A program made the translations under genes and the position numbers. The notes beneath the pieces were generated by a model. The model was not told the origin of the DNA. It searched no databases and saw only the letters and a program-made list of their open reading frames with translations. From Actinomycetota bacterium (lineage in GTDB: Bacteria > Actinomycetota > Acidimicrobiia > Spongiisociales > UBA4744): a stretch of 35,403 nt of DNA. Of the stretch, positions 18,105-28,299 are shown piece by piece. Positions within the stretch are counted from its first letter, which is position 1. Each line of letters opens with the position of its first letter. Where the stretch lies: positions 1 to 35,403 of the forward strand of contig JAADGS010000096.1 in assembly GCA_013152275.1 (NCBI GenBank), written 5' to 3'.

Positions 18105-18456
18105 TGGAGCTGCCGGGATTCGAACCCGGGTCCTCACGGGTCTCAGCCCGCCCTCACCATCATCCTCACTCACGGTGGAGGTAACCGTCGGCCTTGCGGC
18201 CCACCGGTCTTTGCCGGCTGTCAGTTCGTCTCTTCCGAACTGTCTGGCGGTCTTTCCCTGCCGTCAACCACGCTTCTGTTGCCAGGCTGCGCGGTCTGGC
18301 CCCGTCTCCCCTTGCGGGGTGCGATGTTCCTACAACCGCTTACGCAGCGTAGGCGAGTTCTGAATTGTCAGATCTCTCTTTGCCCCGTTTAACGAGTCTG
18401 AGCAACTCGGATGGTGGACATGGTGTCGACTCCGCAAGTCGATTCCATTCAGCCCC
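18105..18456 (-). ncRNA. ssrA: tmRNA
   Basis: 5' GGGGCTGAATGGAATCGAC, 3' GGACCCGGGTTCGAATCCCGGCAGCTCCA (Ala acceptor G-U, T arm), PK1-like pairings, tag frame ..DNSELAYAA* at 18369-18340; smpB nearby; CCA not fully encoded. Confidence 0.95.
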
Positions 18457-18536
18457 TCGGTTGTTCACCCACGATACCGCATACCTGGGGATTCAGGTTC
18501 CCCTTTCTCGGCGCTACCCGGTACCGTGTCACCAGT

Positions 18537-19316
18537 ATGCCCGAGCTCGACAACCCGTTCGACGAACCCGCCCGGCGGCCCCGCGGGCCACGGACATGGA
18601 TCGGCATCGTCGCCCTGGCGGTTGCCGTCGTGGCTCTTGCAGCCAACTTCACGCTCTACCAGAGCCTGCAAAAGGCAAACGATGATGCCTCGGCACTCGA
18701 GAGTCGGATTGGCGGCCTTCAATCACAGATGACCGCCCTGCAGAACTCGCTCACCGACACCGAAGATCGTCTCCAGGCGGTCGAGTCCTCACCTGTACCG
18801 GTCCTAGACGCTGCACCGGTCGTCTCCCAGGACCTGCCGCTGTTCCCCGGCGGAGGCCAGGACCCGGCCCAAGGGCTCATTCTCGGCGACGTCTCCGGCG
18901 TCTGGTACTCCGACGGTGCCACCCACACGATCGACCCGACAGACGGAACGCCCCGAGCCTGGCTGATCTGGGCGCACTGGTGCCCCTACTGCCAGAAGGA
19001 GCTTCCGATCGTGAAGGCATGGTACGAAGCCAACGCCGCGGACAACCCGCACATGGAGATCGTCAGTATCACGACCGCCATGGACGACTCGGCCGCCAAC
19101 CCGCTGCTGCCGTACCTGCAAGAGCAGCAGTTCCCCTTCCCGGTGATCATCGACGACTCGGGGGCGCTGGCCCGCCAGTTCGGCGTCTCGGCATTTCCCT
19201 TCTGGGTGTTCACCGCACCCGACGGCGCCGTGCTGGGCCGCACGGCGGGCCTCCTTCCCGAAGACCAGATGCTCGCCATCTTCGAACAGCTCGAAACCAT
19301 CGGCGCCGAGTCGTAG
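18537..19316 (+). CDS. TlpA/ResA-like thiol-disulfide oxidoreductase with TM and coiled-coil stalk
   Basis: TM, heptad region LQKANDDASALESRIGGLQSQMTAL, WAHWCPYCQKELP, FGVSAFPFW. Confidence 0.88.
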   Translation: MPELDNPFDEPARRPRGPRTWIGIVALAVAVVALAANFTLYQSLQKANDDASALESRIGGLQSQMTALQNSLTDTEDRLQAVESSPVPVLDAAPVVSQDLPLFPGGGQDPAQGLILGDVSGVWYSDGATHTIDPTDGTPRAWLIWAHWCPYCQKELPIVKAWYEANAADNPHMEIVSITTAMDDSAANPLLPYLQEQQFPFPVIIDDSGALARQFGVSAFPFWVFTAPDGAVLGRTAGLLPEDQMLAIFEQLETIGAES

Positions 19317-19355
19317 AGCCGCGACCACACACCCGACCCTCCGCACACTCCGCCC

Positions 19356-19392
19356 AAAGAAAAAAAGACCTCGGCTCGTCCTTCACCGAGCC
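19356..19392 (-). terminator. Probable intrinsic terminator after smpB
   Basis: Minus strand GGCTCG-gtgaagga-CGAGCC followed within 6 nt by TTTTTTTCTTT. Confidence 0.55.
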
Positions 19393-19413
19393 CACTCCCC
19401 CAGGAACAGAACG

Positions 19414-19866
19414 TCAGGTCCGTCCTCGGTGCCGAGCCGCCCGGTCCATCTCCCGACGCTGCTCCTTGTCCCTGATCGCCCTACGCTTGTCGTAATGGGC
19501 CCGCCCCCGGCCCAGGCCGAGTTCGAGCTTGGCGATGCCATCCTTGAAGTACACACGCAGCGCCACGAGCGTCAGGCCCCGCTCGGCCACCTTGGCGCCG
19601 ATCCGGGTGATCTCTCTGCGGTGCAGGAGCAGCTTGCGGTCACGATCGGGATCATGCCCGCCACCTCTGGCATACGAGTACGGGGAGATGTGGCAGCCGA
19701 CGAGCCAGGCCTCTCCATCCCTGAACTGAACATATGAGTCCTTGAGGTTGACGAGTCCTGCCCGCGCGCTCTTGACCTCTGAGCCCTTCAGGACGAGACC
19801 TGCCTCGATCGTTTCGGTGATGTCGTACTCATGTCTCGCCTTGCGGTTGGTGGCGACGACTTTCAC
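19414..19866 (-). CDS. smpB: SsrA-binding protein
   Basis: VATNRKARHEY, EAGLVLKGSEVKS, RKLLLHRREI, YDKR; GTGA overlap with the M23 gene. Confidence 0.96.
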   Translation of the reverse strand: MKVVATNRKARHEYDITETIEAGLVLKGSEVKSARAGLVNLKDSYVQFRDGEAWLVGCHISPYSYARGGGHDPDRDRKLLLHRREITRIGAKVAERGLTLVALRVYFKDGIAKLELGLGRGRAHYDKRRAIRDKEQRREMDRAARHRGRT

Positions 19867-21053
19867 GGCAGGTATTTCATCGGGTCTACGGGGGTGCCGT
19901 TCTCTCTCGTTTCGAAATGCAGGTGAGGGCCGGTGCAGTATCCGCTGCAACCGACGTAGCCGATCACCTCTCCCAGCTTCACATTCTGACCGTTCCTGAC
20001 GATGATCTTGGATTGGTGTGCGTACAGCGTCGACAGACCTCCACCATGATCGATGACTGTCGCGTTGCCGTAGCCGCCGTACCTCTGAGCAAGGATCACG
20101 GTCCCGTAGCCGGCAGCTCTGATCGGAGTTCCGTAGCCGGCAGAGATGTCGATGCCCGTGTGCAGTTTCTTGGTCCCGAAGATCGGGTGGATTCGCCAGC
20201 CGAACGGAGAAGTCACCCTCCCGTTCACGGGCCACGCGAGCTTCGACGGACGTTCACCCGAGGCACGCTGCCGAGCAGCGATCTCGGCCTCCATCTTCTT
20301 CGACTCACGCTCGAGCGCCGTCAGCTCACCCTCGATGGATCCGATGTCACGCGTCACCTTGTCGAGCAGCTCCTGCTGGCGGTCCATCTCGGCCTGCGCC
20401 TCCGACCTGCGGATGTCGACCTCCACGCGGTCCGCCTCCAACTCTGCGCGCCGCTGGTCCAGCTCGGTGAGCGTCGTCTGCACGGCAGCCTTGCGCTCTT
20501 CCACACCCGCCTTCTGACGCGCCTCGAGGCTCTGCAAACCCTCGAGGTCGTTCACCAGCACCTCGCTCGATGACACCACCTCCTGGGCGTAGTCCACGCT
20601 CAACGCGGCGGTGGTCATGTCGCCGGCGCCGAAGACGACCGCCCCGAGATCGGGAACGCCACCCATGTACATCTCGACTGCCCGGTCACGAATCAAGGCG
20701 TGGGTATCGCGAATGCCCAACCGTGTATCGGCGAGCTGCAGCTCCAAGTCGGCGAGCTCGGCCTGTACGGCTGCCAGGTGTGCCTCCTCGCCGGCAATCG
20801 TCGCCTCCACATCCCGCACCCTGGCTTCTGCGAGGTCCAGCTCGATCCGGACCGCGGCCAGGCGCTCCCCGGCCGACGCCAGCTCATTCTGGATGGCGGT
20901 ACGCGCGCCTTTCTGGGCCGAGATCTTCTTGTTGAGATCCGAGATCTGCTTCTCGATCTCGTCCAGCCGCCGTTCCGGATCGGACGTGGCACCGGCGGGA
21001 ATCGACAGAACCACCAGCATCGCCACCACGACTACGACGATCAGCTTGCGCAC
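19863..21053 (-). CDS. Coiled-coil M23 peptidase (EnvC-like FtsEX partner)
   Basis: Signal peptide, long coiled coil, HTGID, YAHQS, TGPHLHFE. Confidence 0.92.
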   Translation of the reverse strand: MRKLIVVVVVAMLVVLSIPAGATSDPERRLDEIEKQISDLNKKISAQKGARTAIQNELASAGERLAAVRIELDLAEARVRDVEATIAGEEAHLAAVQAELADLELQLADTRLGIRDTHALIRDRAVEMYMGGVPDLGAVVFGAGDMTTAALSVDYAQEVVSSSEVLVNDLEGLQSLEARQKAGVEERKAAVQTTLTELDQRRAELEADRVEVDIRRSEAQAEMDRQQELLDKVTRDIGSIEGELTALERESKKMEAEIAARQRASGERPSKLAWPVNGRVTSPFGWRIHPIFGTKKLHTGIDISAGYGTPIRAAGYGTVILAQRYGGYGNATVIDHGGGLSTLYAHQSKIIVRNGQNVKLGEVIGYVGCSGYCTGPHLHFETRENGTPVDPMKYLP

Positions 21054-21054
21054 G

Positions 21055-21930
21055 TCACACCTTCAGGAAACGGCGAACGCCGGCGGCGCTGCCCAGTACA
21101 CCCGCGATCGCTCCAAACGCCAGAATCACGATGCTCCACTTGATGAGGAAGTCATTGCCGACCGATAGCCGGATCAGAAACGTGCTCGGGATGCGGCCGG
21201 CGATGAAACTCTGTGCGGTCCAAATCGCACCCACGGCGAGTGCCGCACCGATCAGCCCCTGAATCATGCCTTCGAGGAGGAACGGGATACGAATGAACCA
21301 ACTCGAGGCACCGACGAGTCGCATGATCGCCACCTCGTCCCGCCGAGCGTAGACCGCCATCCGGATGGTATTCGCGATGAGCACGATCGACGCGATACCG
21401 AGCAGGACGGCCAAACCGATCCCAAGCCAGTTGAGTGCGCTCGTGACAGAGGAGAGTTGGTCGAACCGATCGGGGGCAGTCACGACTCTGCGGACCGCAG
21501 GATTGTCGATCAGTCGATACGTGACGTCTTTGTAGGTCTTGATGTCCACGAGTTTGATCCGGATCGATGGCGGCAGGATCGAAGGGTCGACATTCTCGAG
21601 GAGGGCGGGCTGCTCGGCGAACATCTCCTTGAATTCCTTGTAGGCACACTGCTTGTCGCAGAACCACGTGTCCTTCACCTCGTCCCAACCTTGGATCTCC
21701 GCCTGCAGGTCGATCTGAGCCTGGGCGGGTACGTCGTCCTTGAGGAACACGATCACGTGGTCGCCCTGCTGCCAGCGATCCGTGTTCACTTTGACGAGCT
21801 CGCTGAGCACGAGAGCACCGAACAGCAGTGTGAGGCTGATAAACACCGCGACGATGGCGGCAGTCATGACGAGCAGATTGCGACGCAGGCTGGAGAACGC
21901 TTCTCGTACGAGGAATACGAGCCGTCGCAT
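21055..21930 (-). CDS. ftsX: Cell division permease FtsX
   Basis: SLRRN, IANTIRMAVYARRDEVAIMRLVGASSWFIRIPFLLEG. Confidence 0.95.
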   Translation of the reverse strand: MRRLVFLVREAFSSLRRNLLVMTAAIVAVFISLTLLFGALVLSELVKVNTDRWQQGDHVIVFLKDDVPAQAQIDLQAEIQGWDEVKDTWFCDKQCAYKEFKEMFAEQPALLENVDPSILPPSIRIKLVDIKTYKDVTYRLIDNPAVRRVVTAPDRFDQLSSVTSALNWLGIGLAVLLGIASIVLIANTIRMAVYARRDEVAIMRLVGASSWFIRIPFLLEGMIQGLIGAALAVGAIWTAQSFIAGRIPSTFLIRLSVGNDFLIKWSIVILAFGAIAGVLGSAAGVRRFLKV

Positions 21931-22631
21931 CAGGAACCACCACCTCTGTTGATGCTCTCGTAGGTACCGCGGCTTTCGTCACGGATGATCTTGCCACGCT
22001 CCAATTGGACGACCCTTCGGCGCATCGCATCGACGATCGCATGATCGTGCGTCGCCATCACCACCGTCGTTCCGGTACGGTTCACACGATCCAACACCCG
22101 CATGATGCCCACCGACGTCGCCGGATCGAGGTTGCCCGTCGGCTCATCCGCAAGCAGGATCGGTGGCCGGTTCACGAACGCCCTGGCGACCGAAACACGC
22201 TGCTGTTCACCACCGGAGAGCTGGCGAGGATAGCGGTCGCCCTTGGTCTGCAGACCCACCAGTTCGAGCACCTGCTGTACCTGACGGTCCACGACCGAGC
22301 GGGGCCGCCCAAGCACCTCGAGCGCGAACCCGACGTTCTCGGACACGGTTCGGGCCGGCAGCAGTTTGTAGTCCTGGAACACCGTCCCCACCGAGCGGCG
22401 CAGATGGGGAACCTTCCACGCGGGCATCTTGGTGATGTCCTTGCCCGCCACCCATATCTTGCCTCGTGTCACCCGTAGCTCACGCAGCACCAGACTGATG
22501 AGCGTCGACTTGCCGGAACCCGACGGGCCGACGACGAAAAGGAACTCGCCTTTCTTGACGTCGAGGTCGATGTCGCGTAGCGCGACGGTGCCTCCCTCGA
22601 ACACCTTTGTGACACCTTCAAGAAGAATCAT
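21930..22631 (-). CDS. ftsE: Cell division ATP-binding protein FtsE
   Basis: [40 protein letters not shown] at 22631. Confidence 0.95.
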   Translation of the reverse strand: MILLEGVTKVFEGGTVALRDIDLDVKKGEFLFVVGPSGSGKSTLISLVLRELRVTRGKIWVAGKDITKMPAWKVPHLRRSVGTVFQDYKLLPARTVSENVGFALEVLGRPRSVVDRQVQQVLELVGLQTKGDRYPRQLSGGEQQRVSVARAFVNRPPILLADEPTGNLDPATSVGIMRVLDRVNRTGTTVVMATHDHAIVDAMRRRVVQLERGKIIRDESRGTYESINRGGGS

Positions 22632-22743
22632 GGACCACTCACTTCGGCGGCGGCCCCAACATCGGAACTGCCGGACGTATGTTCCGCCCCGAACTCCGCC
22701 CCGGGCGGTAAAAAGGATAACAAGCATCCTGGACGACACCACA

Positions 22744-23860
22744 TCATTGGGCTTGCTGCTCCTGTTTCTCGCGCCGCCAGTGAAGGTAGGCCTCCACGAA
22801 CTGGTCGAGGTCACCGTCGAGGACTCCCTGTACGTTGCCGACCTCCACGCCGGTCCGCAGATCCTTCACCATCTGATACGGCTGCAGGACATAGGAGCGC
22901 AGCTGGCGGCCCCATGCCGCAGCCTCCTGGTCGCCGCGGATCTCTTCGAGCTCCTTGGCTCGCTCCTGTCTGGCGAGTTCTCCGAGCCGGGCCTTCAGGA
23001 TGGCCATGGCGCGGGCTCGGTTCTGCAACTGGGAACGCTCGTTCTGACATGTCACGACGGTGCCGGTGGGAAGGTGTGTGATCCGTACGGCCGAGTCGGT
23101 GACGTTGACGTGTTGCCCCCCGGCTCCCTGAGAGCGGTACGTCTCGATCCTCAGGTCGTCCTGGTTGACCTCGACCTCTTCTTCCTCCACCTCAGGGATG
23201 ACATCGACACCCGCAAACGACGTGTGGCGTCGCCGGGCCGCGTCGAAGGGGCTGATCCTGACCAGGCGATGCACACCGCGTTCTCCCTCGAGAATCGCGT
23301 ACGCGTGGTCACCGTCGACGGTCAGGGTTGCCGACTTGATGCCTGCCTCGTCCCCAGGGGTGATCTCGTCGATCTCGACGTTCAGACCTTTGTCCTCGAG
23401 ATACCGCAGATACATCCGCAGCAGCATCTCCGCCCAGTCCTGCGCATCGACACCGCCCGCGCCGGCGTGCACACTGAAGATTGCAGGCGCCTCGTCGTAC
23501 GGGCCGAAATACAACGACTCCGTCTCGAGCTTCTGAAGGTCCTTCTCGGCGGCGAGTAGACCCTCGACGGCCTCACGTGCCGCCCCGGCGTCGTCTTCCT
23601 CGCCCGCCAACTCCAGCATCACCTCTGCGTCGTCGAGGGCGGTGTCCAGGCGGTCGACGTGTGCAATGAGTCCCTCGTAACGGGACAAGGTCCGGTTGAC
23701 CTCCGCTGCACGGGTCGCATCGGACCAGAGGTCCGGCGAGGCCGCCGCTTCTCTCAGCTTCGGGAGTTGTTCTGCCTTGGCATCGAGGTCAAAGGAACCT
23801 CCGGGCATCGGAGAGACGGGCACGCAGTTCACTCAGGAGCGATCGGGGGTCGATATCCAT
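22744..23860 (-). CDS. prfB: Peptide chain release factor 2, +1 programmed frameshift (join 23860-23792, 23790-22744)
   Basis: SPF (RISPFD) and GGQ motifs; 23-codon first frame MDIDPRSLLSELRARLSDARRFL ending CTT TGA C with internal SD GGAGG. Confidence 0.95.
23788..23802 (-). promoter_or_regulatory. prfB frameshift cassette
   Basis: GGAGG-TTC-CTT-TGA-C. Confidence 0.93.
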
Positions 23861-23900
23861 ATCGGTCGAGAATGGTAGCGGGTGGTCGTCCGTTGTCGGC

Positions 23901-24156
23901 GACCAGCAACCAGCCGACGGCAACCAGCAACGAACCTGCGCCCGCCCCGCAGGCTCACACCACCCCAGGCACCGCTACGAAACACAAGATACGAGGTACC
24001 GGCAGGTCAGTCGCCAGACGCCGGAGCCATCTGAAAAGGTTGGGTTCTTCGGGACACACCGACGAAACGTATTCCGTATCTCGTGCTTCGTACCTGTGCT
24101 TGATCTCTCCGTGCCGGCACCGACACACGGAGCACCAAATACAAGGTACGAGGTAC
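23901..24156. repeat. Intergenic heptamer repeat clusters, one inverted
   Basis: AACCAGC-type x5 (23901-23935); YACRARR-type at 23976-23999, inverted at 24069-24092, and at 24126-24156. Confidence 0.7.
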
Positions 24157-24162
24157 CTCTTC

Positions 24163-26799
24163 TCAGGTCCTCTTGCCGTGGCAGTGCTTGTACTTCTTGC
24201 CGGACCCGCAAGGACACAGTTCGTTGCGACCGACCTTGGTCGACACCGCCTGACGGCTGGAACGGCCACCGGCGGCGGCCGCCTCCTGCTGATGGATGCG
24301 CTGTTGCTGCCTGGCCTTCTCGGCCTCCTGCGCCACCTGCACGTGGAAGAGGTAACGGGCCGTATCACGCTTCACGGAATCCACCATCTCGGCGAACATG
24401 TCGTAGCCCTCACGCTGGTATTCGACCAGCGGATCCCTCTGTCCCATCGCTCGCAGCCCGATCCCGGCCCGCAGGTAGTCCATCTCGGCGAGATGCTCGC
24501 GCCACTTCGTGTCGATCACGGCCAGCACGACCGTCTTCTCGATCTTGCGGAGCGTCTCGCTTCCCAACTCCTCTTCCCGCTCGTCGTAGAGTGCCTGTGC
24601 CTCTTCCACGGCGGCCTCGACAACGTCGTTTACGTCGATCCCGCGATCGGCTTCGAGGGAGTCGGGTCCGAGCCCGGTCGTATAGAAGACACCGAGCTGC
24701 TGGCGGAGTTCGTCCCAGTCCCAGTCACGAGGAGAAGCTTCACCGAGCACGCCTTCGACGGTCGACCGGATGCTCTCTTCGATCCAGTCACGAACCAGCG
24801 TTTCGCTCGATTCCTGACGAAGCAGATTGTTGCGCCATTCGTAGATCACCTCGCGCTGGCGGTTCATCACTTCGTCGTACTTGAGCACGTTCTTACGAAT
24901 CTCGAAGTTCTGCGCTTCGACCTGCCCCTGGGCCTTCTCGATGGCCTTGGAGACCATCTTCGCCTCGATGGGTACGTCGTCGGGGATCCGGAGACGGTTC
25001 ATGATGGCTTCGACCCGATCGGAGGCGAATCGGCGCATGAGATCGTCGCCCAGTGACAGGAAGAACCGCGACTCGCCCGGGTCGCCCTGACGGCCGGACC
25101 TGCCTCTCAACTGGTTGTCGATCCTGCGGGACTCATGGCGTTCGGTACCGACCACATACAGCCCGCCGACTTCGAGAATCTCCTCGCGTTCGGCCTCGGT
25201 GCGCCGGCGGAACTCTGCTTCCATCTCCTCGAGTGCAGCCTCGTACTCGTCCGATCCCGGTTCGTAGCCGGCCTTCGCGACCGCGGCCTTGGCAAGTCCC
25301 TCCGGGTTCCCCCCGAGCATGATGTCGACGCCACGACCGGCCATGTTGGTGGCGACGGTGATCGCACCCTTGCGACCGGCCTGGGCGATGATCGCCGCCT
25401 CACGGGCATGCTGCTTGGCGTTGAGAACCTCGTGAGGGATCCCTCGTTTCTTCAACGCGGCCGACAGACGCTCCGACTTCTCGATCGAGACCGTGCCCAG
25501 CAGCACCGGCTGGCCCTTCTCGTAGCGTTCGACGATGTCGGCGACGACGGCGTTGAACTTCGCCTCTTCGGACTTGTAGACGAGGTCCGGCTGGTCGATG
25601 CGGATCACCGGCTGGTTGGTCGGGATCTCGGCGACCTCCAGGTTGTAGATCTGTGCGAACTCGGCAGCTTCGGTCTTGGCGGTACCGGTCATTCCGGCGA
25701 GCTTCTCGTACATCCGGAAGTAGTTCTGCAGGGTGATGGTTGCGAGTGTCTGGTTCTCTTCCTTGATCCGGACGCCCTCTTTGGCCTCGATTGCCTGGTG
25801 GAGACCTTCCGAGTAACGCCGGCCTTCGAGCATCCTGCCGGTGAATTCGTCGACGATCTTCACCTCGCCATGGTCGACGAGGTAGGCGACGTCGCGCAGG
25901 TAGAGCTCTTTGGCTCGCAACGCGGCGTCGAGATGGTGGACGAAGTCGACGCTCGTGTAGTCGAACATGTTCTCGACACCGAGGATCTGCTCGACGCGGG
26001 CAACACCTTCCTCGGTGGTGAGCACCTGGCGCTTGCCCTCGTCGACGGTGTAGTCGACGTCCTTGGTCAGCCGGCGCACGATCTTGGCGAACTCTCGATA
26101 CCACTTGGCCGTATCGGCGACCACGCCACTGATGATCAGTGGCGTCCTGGCTTCGTCGACGAGGATCGAGTCGACCTCGTCGACGATGGCATAGTGATGC
26201 CCCCGCTGCACGAGGTCCTCGATTCGCATGGCCATGTTGTCACGCAGATAGTCGAAGCCGAACTCGTTGTTCGTCCCGTAGGTGATGTCGGCCGCATAGG
26301 CGGGACGGCGTTCTTCAGGCGACATCGCTCCCTGGATCAGCCCGACCTCCAATCCCAGGAATCGATAGATCCCACCCATCCACGCCGCGTCACGTGACGC
26401 GAGGTAGTCGTTGACGGTGACCATGTGCACGCCTTTGCCGCCAAGGGCATTGAGGTAGGCGGGCATGGTCGAGACGAGGGTCTTGCCTTCACCGGTCTTC
26501 ATCTCGGCGATCATCCCTGCATGCAGCGCCGCTGCGCCGATCACCTGAACGTCGAAGTGGCGCTGTCCGAGGACCCGCTTCGCCGCCTCCCGGACGACGG
26601 CGAACGCTTCGACCTCGATGTCATCGAGCGTTTCGCCGTCGGCCAAACGCTCACGGAACTCCTCGGTCTTGGCTCGCAGGGCAGCGTCGTCGAGCGCTTC
26701 GACCTCCGGCTCGAGCGCGTTGACTTCCTCGGCTATCTGCCCGAGATCTCGGAGAATACGCGACTCACCGGCGTGAAGGACTTTGTTGATCAGAGACAT
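24163..26799 (-). CDS. secA: Preprotein translocase ATPase SecA
   Basis: [66 protein letters not shown]; -10-like TAAGAT 9 nt upstream of the ATG. Confidence 0.98.
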   Translation of the reverse strand: MSLINKVLHAGESRILRDLGQIAEEVNALEPEVEALDDAALRAKTEEFRERLADGETLDDIEVEAFAVVREAAKRVLGQRHFDVQVIGAAALHAGMIAEMKTGEGKTLVSTMPAYLNALGGKGVHMVTVNDYLASRDAAWMGGIYRFLGLEVGLIQGAMSPEERRPAYAADITYGTNNEFGFDYLRDNMAMRIEDLVQRGHHYAIVDEVDSILVDEARTPLIISGVVADTAKWYREFAKIVRRLTKDVDYTVDEGKRQVLTTEEGVARVEQILGVENMFDYTSVDFVHHLDAALRAKELYLRDVAYLVDHGEVKIVDEFTGRMLEGRRYSEGLHQAIEAKEGVRIKEENQTLATITLQNYFRMYEKLAGMTGTAKTEAAEFAQIYNLEVAEIPTNQPVIRIDQPDLVYKSEEAKFNAVVADIVERYEKGQPVLLGTVSIEKSERLSAALKKRGIPHEVLNAKQHAREAAIIAQAGRKGAITVATNMAGRGVDIMLGGNPEGLAKAAVAKAGYEPGSDEYEAALEEMEAEFRRRTEAEREEILEVGGLYVVGTERHESRRIDNQLRGRSGRQGDPGESRFFLSLGDDLMRRFASDRVEAIMNRLRIPDDVPIEAKMVSKAIEKAQGQVEAQNFEIRKNVLKYDEVMNRQREVIYEWRNNLLRQESSETLVRDWIEESIRSTVEGVLGEASPRDWDWDELRQQLGVFYTTGLGPDSLEADRGIDVNDVVEAAVEEAQALYDEREEELGSETLRKIEKTVVLAVIDTKWREHLAEMDYLRAGIGLRAMGQRDPLVEYQREGYDMFAEMVDSVKRDTARYLFHVQVAQEAEKARQQQRIHQQEAAAAGGRSSRQAVSTKVGRNELCPCGSGKKYKHCHGKRT

Positions 26800-26952
26800 T
26801 GCCAACTTATCTTATCGGCGCGCCGGCCTATCTCGGCGGGCTTCGCTCGTGAGGCTCGTTCCGCTCGCCGTATTCGGTACTCGGCACCGCAGCCAAGGTC
26901 GTGACCAGACCGCCGGGCGACGCCACGGCTCGTGCCGACGACCGACGACTTC

Positions 26953-28299
26953 CTACACCATCTGCACGATGATGCCGACGCTCTCGAGCAGCGCGGCGGG
27001 CTCGACGCCGACCGTGTCCGGGAGTAACTGATCGGCAATCGTCCGCTCCCCGATCGTCGTCTCCACAGGTACGTCCAGGAGCGCTTCTCCGGCCGGACGC
27101 ACGAGCACGACGTCGGAAACGCCGCCGCTTTCGTTGGCGCGAGTGACCATCACGACGTCTCCATCGGAGAGTTCGAGCAGCGATCCGGGCGGGTAGACGC
27201 CAACCATCTCGATGAACGCCCTGGCGAAGTCCGGATCGTAGATCGAGCCCGCGCCCGTCAGCAGGACGAACAGGGCGCGGTTGGGCGTCTCTGCCCTGCG
27301 ATAGGAGCGCCGGGTCGTGATCGCGTCGTAGGTGTCGGCCGTGGCGACCAGCCTGCTGTAGAAGTGCAGATCCCGTGACAGTCTTCCGGCCGGCGGGTAG
27401 CCGTGGCCGTCATACCGGGCGTGGTGTTCGAACGCCACCGTCGCGGCGATCTCCTGATACGGTGCCGCAGCGGCGAGGATCGACGCCGCTCCCTCCTGGG
27501 GATGCAGCTTGATCTGACGCCACTGCTCGGCATCGAGCCGGCCCGGATACTGCAGGATGGACGGCGGGACCCGTACCTTGCCGATGTCATGGAGCAGGGC
27601 GCCCATCGCGAGAGCGGACATCTGGTCTTTCGGCAGACCGAGCAGCCGGCCCATCGCTATCGAGAGAATGCAGACGTTCACCGAATGGAAGAACGTGTAC
27701 TCATCGTGGCTCTTCATCGTCGAAAGCAACAACGATGCGGCGGGCTGAGAAATGGTCTGCTCGACGAGATGCTCGACCGCCCCCGCCGCTCCCGACAGGT
27801 CGAACTGTTCATCGCGCTCGATGGCCGCCGCCATGCCGCGCAGGACATCGAGCGAGCGCGAATACGACCTGCGCACACCGCCGGCGGCGTCGGTTTCCAG
27901 ATCGGCTCTCGTGAACGGCGACTCGTTGAGCCGGATCGTCGCTTCGGCGGGAACGTCACCGCTCAACCCGGCTATGAACGCTCCGAGATCGGCGACATCT
28001 GCGCCTGCGACCGGAGCATTGAACGTGATCGATTCGATACCCCGGGACTGGAGCGTCCGCAGAAGGTTGCTGAGTTCCAGCGAGGCATGCGGCAAGATCG
28101 ACCGTCCGAGGTGGATGGTGTCGCCGAGCATGGTGATAACCGCCTCACCGTCTTCCCTGCGGGCCAGTGTGTCCGCGGCCGTCGTTGCGACCTCCAGCGC
28201 CTCGCCGGTCGAAGGGTGGCCGGTCGGGTACAGGCTCATCTGGCGCGCGAGCGCCTGGATGCCACGAAGTGCCGTACGGGCCGCCTGTTCCCTGATCAT
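26953..28299 (-). CDS. HD-GYP domain protein (cyclic dinucleotide phosphodiesterase family)
   Basis: HDEYTFFHSVNV, HDIGK, HHARYDGHGYP, ADTYDAITTRRSYR; ATGA overlap with the HEAT gene. Confidence 0.9.
   Translation of the reverse strand: MIREQAARTALRGIQALARQMSLYPTGHPSTGEALEVATTAADTLARREDGEAVITMLGDTIHLGRSILPHASLELSNLLRTLQSRGIESITFNAPVAGADVADLGAFIAGLSGDVPAEATIRLNESPFTRADLETDAAGGVRRSYSRSLDVLRGMAAAIERDEQFDLSGAAGAVEHLVEQTISQPAASLLLSTMKSHDEYTFFHSVNVCILSIAMGRLLGLPKDQMSALAMGALLHDIGKVRVPPSILQYPGRLDAEQWRQIKLHPQEGAASILAAAAPYQEIAATVAFEHHARYDGHGYPPAGRLSRDLHFYSRLVATADTYDAITTRRSYRRAETPNRALFVLLTGAGSIYDPDFARAFIEMVGVYPPGSLLELSDGDVVMVTRANESGGVSDVVLVRPAGEALLDVPVETTIGERTIADQLLPDTVGVEPAALLESVGIIVQMV

Noticed and set aside
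11071..18116. CRISPR array or classical integron
   Set aside because: Repeats are about 0.7-2.4 kb apart with genes between them, no cas or intI gene is present, and no RYYYAAC...GTTRRRY attC structure was found
22671..22686. LexA-box-like GGAC-gtat-GTTC upstream of ftsE
   Set aside because: Mismatch in the core and flanks relative to CGAAC-n4-GTTCG; plausible by chance
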